Source: Candidatus Aenigmatarchaeota archaeon | GTDB taxonomy: Archaea > Aenigmatarchaeota > Aenigmatarchaeia > CG10238-14 > SCSR01 | DNA length: 8,481 bases | Direction of reading: 5' to 3' | Assembly: GCA_039091335.1 (NCBI GenBank) | Contig: JAWCME010000017.1 | Span: forward strand, 1-8,481 | Part shown: piece after piece, positions 6,666 through 8,481 of the stretch | How the letters are laid out: each line of letters begins with the position of its first letter | Numbering within the stretch: position 1 is the stretch's first letter | Notes under the pieces: generated by a model | Databases searched by the model: none | The model's input: only the letters and a program-made list of their open reading frames with translations | What the model was told of the DNA's origin: nothing | Translations under genes and position numbers: made by a program

Positions 6666-7262
6666 TTATAATAAATTTGCAACTATTTCTTTTACTTCTT
6701 CAAAAACTTCATCTTGAGGTTTAGTCGCATCGATTACTTTCATATTATATTTTTTTGCTAATCGCAAATAATTTCTTCTTACTTTTTCATTGAATTGAAT
6801 ACTTTTTTCAAATTTACTTGGCAAATAGTATAAAACATTCCATTTTCTTTTTAACGCAACATCCGCAGGAACGTCCAACAAAATAACTAGATCCGGCTTG
6901 ATAGCAAATTCATTTATTTTTTCTATAAATTTTTCATCAACACCTTGTGCTGTTTGGTATGCTAAATTCGCATACACATAACGCTCAGAAATTACTATGT
7001 TCCCGTCTTTAAGAGCTTGCTTAATTTCCTTGTCTAAATGCTCAGCCCTATCCGCAGCAAACAACAGAGCATCTGCAACCGGAGATAATTTTTCTAAATA
7101 TAAAGTTACTTTAAGTAAATTACCTGTTATATTTTCTGTTGGCTCTTTAGTTGTTATGCACTTTATTCCTCTTTCTTTTAACCATTGTTTTAAAAGTGCA
7201 GCCTGTACAGTTTTTCCAGACCCATCCAAACCTTCAAAAACAATAAACTTTCCTTTTTTCAT
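6666..7262 (-). CDS. tmk: Thymidylate kinase
   Basis: P-loop FIVFEGLDGSGKT, TKEP, LLFAADRAEH, ERY...LAYQ and KPDLVILLD. The ATG at 7262 is preferred over the TTG at 7277 because of TATA spacing. Confidence 0.95.
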   Translation of the reverse strand: MKKGKFIVFEGLDGSGKTVQAALLKQWLKERGIKCITTKEPTENITGNLLKVTLYLEKLSPVADALLFAADRAEHLDKEIKQALKDGNIVISERYVYANLAYQTAQGVDEKFIEKINEFAIKPDLVILLDVPADVALKRKWNVLYYLPSKFEKSIQFNEKVRRNYLRLAKKYNMKVIDATKPQDEVFEEVKEIVANLL

Positions 7263-7283
7263 ATTTTTTAGGAACAAGTTTTA

Positions 7284-7299
7284 TTTTATAAACATTTCT
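7284..7299 (-). promoter_or_regulatory. Putative BRE-TATA promoter of tmk
   Basis: The minus strand reads AGAAATG-TTTATAAAA, with the TATA centred about 26 nt upstream of the ATG at 7262. Confidence 0.6.
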
Positions 7300-7331
7300 A
7301 AATATAAAACTATGTTTTTTAAATTATACAT

Positions 7332-8147
7332 TTACTTTTTCTTCAAATAATAAATTGTTGGTAGAATACCGCTTAATGTAGTTGTTATTATACCTTCTAT
7401 CAAACTCCAAATAAGATAAATGTTTCCTGTTCGTTTGAAAAACATATCTAAAATACCTAAGGGTAAACCAACAATTACTGCATATAAAATTAAAACTGCA
7501 AGTATAGACAAAACATATCCTTTAGTTCTTTGCCAACTTAACTTCAAGCTCTCCATGGGATTTTTATTTTCAAGCATGAGTATCGGGAAAATAAACCAAA
7601 ACTTTATTCCTAAAAACACTGCTATAACAATAAAGATTATTACAAAAATGGGTATGACAATAAACTGTGTCTCAAAAAAATTGAGACCATGAATAGCGAA
7701 TACAAAAATAAAAACAGGTAGAATCGGAAGTAAAATAATTATTCCAAAAATTAGAGTTGTGATAAAAATTTTAAACAATTTTTTTAATGTTATTTGAAAA
7801 ACAGAGACTATATCTAAATCACGCCTTCTTAATCCCCGATAAACTAAAATAGGGAATCCGCCACTTCTAATTAAACCTGCAATAAATATAATGATAAGAC
7901 CTATTATCAAAAATACTGCTCCAATTGTTCTAGGCACGTTCATTAAAAAGAACGTTGAAATTCCAAGAAATGATGAAGATTGAATAACTGACCTAAAATT
8001 TGAGCCCAAATAAACTAAAACGCCACCAACCATTGTTAAAACTCCTAAGAATATGAGAATGGTAATGATAAAGCCGAAAAGAAAAGATTTAGGATATTTA
8101 AAAACAAAATTGAACATATCTTTTATTGTTTCTATTGCTAAACCCAT
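7332..8147 (-). CDS. Polytopic membrane protein (about 6 TM), resembling the glycerophosphodiester-phosphodiesterase membrane-domain-like families
   Basis: Several long hydrophobic helices; loop motif P.LMLENKNPMESLKLSWQRTKG near the C-terminus; ends YYLKKK; AGGT upstream of the ATG. Confidence 0.65.
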   Translation of the reverse strand: MGLAIETIKDMFNFVFKYPKSFLFGFIITILIFLGVLTMVGGVLVYLGSNFRSVIQSSSFLGISTFFLMNVPRTIGAVFLIIGLIIIFIAGLIRSGGFPILVYRGLRRRDLDIVSVFQITLKKLFKIFITTLIFGIIILLPILPVFIFVFAIHGLNFFETQFIVIPIFVIIFIVIAVFLGIKFWFIFPILMLENKNPMESLKLSWQRTKGYVLSILAVLILYAVIVGLPLGILDMFFKRTGNIYLIWSLIEGIITTTLSGILPTIYYLKKK

Positions 8148-8157
8148 TTTTACCTAG

Positions 8158-8481
8158 TTATAATTTAGAAAATGCTATATTTATTTGCTTGTTTTCAAAT
8201 TTAAGCTGACCTTTGAACTTTCCTTTCAGTTTACCGACATCAATTTTTTTTGCCCCAACTTCTTTACTTAAAAATTTTATGTATTTATTTAGTATTTTAT
8301 TTGTTTGCTCATCCGAATCCAAAGTAAGTTCAATTTTTTCTTTGACGACAAAACCAAATTTCTTTCTCAGTTCTTGTATTTCTCTTATAAGTTCTCTCAT
8401 TAAAGCTTCTTCCAAAAGTTTTTCATCCAACTTTTTATCGACTAAAACCCCACCGAAATCAAAATCTATTTCAGAAAATTC
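8158..8481 (-). CDS. ileS: C-terminal end of isoleucine--tRNA ligase (archaeal/eukaryote-like type 2); partial
   Basis: The frame is open to the right edge (EFSEIDFDFGGVLVDKKLDEKLLEEALMRELIREIQELRKKFGFVVKEKIEL) and matches the IleRS2 C-terminal pattern 'V.lD..l..eL..E...RE.vR.IQ..RK..g..v.d.I.l'. Confidence 0.8.
   Translation of the reverse strand, partial: EFSEIDFDFGGVLVDKKLDEKLLEEALMRELIREIQELRKKFGFVVKEKIELTLDSDEQTNKILNKYIKFLSKEVGAKKIDVGKLKGKFKGQLKFENKQINIAFSKL

Noticed and set aside
6955..6990. tmk ERY..AN variant of the usual DRY..S motif
   Set aside because: A conservative change with the catalytic Arg, P-loop and AYQ intact; not enough to claim altered function.
6997..7692. Plus-strand ORFs 6997-7350 and 7420-7692
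   Set aside because: Antisense to tmk and the membrane protein gene, with no independent support.
8158..8430. Stand-alone 90-aa protein as listed in the ORF track
   Set aside because: The frame continues to the window edge and matches the IleRS C-terminus; the TTG is an internal Leu.

Overview
AT-rich archaeal chromosomal segment, most consistent with a DPANN-type genome. This is inferred from the short bacterial-like AlaRS, the type-2 IleRS C-terminus and TATA boxes about 25 nt upstream of start codons. Gene order: (+) a 5'-truncated CxxC protein coupled to a DUF429 RNase H-fold nuclease; (-) an apparent operon of a membrane-anchored OB-fold protein, an archaeal TctA-family membrane protein (one gene broken by a 10-N assembly gap) and a minimal AlaRS; (-) a putative ribbon-helix-helix (RHH)/Mth938-domain fusion, head-to-head across 43 bp with (+) an HMG-CoA-synthase-family enzyme fused to a DUF35 zinc-ribbon/OB domain; then (-) tmk, a polytopic membrane protein and the 3' end of ileS. 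The best candidate for an undescribed system is the divergent pair at 4422-6648: a possible one-component RHH+Mth938 regulator with a 24-bp palindrome over its own start codon, facing an HMGS-DUF35 fusion that keeps its catalytic residues but has an altered pocket. Also notable are the OB-fold + TctA pair without TctB/TctC and an Asp->Gln change at the AlaRS G3:U70 reading position. I saw no RNA genes, CRISPR arrays or mobile elements. All domain calls come from motif recognition by eye, not database searches.
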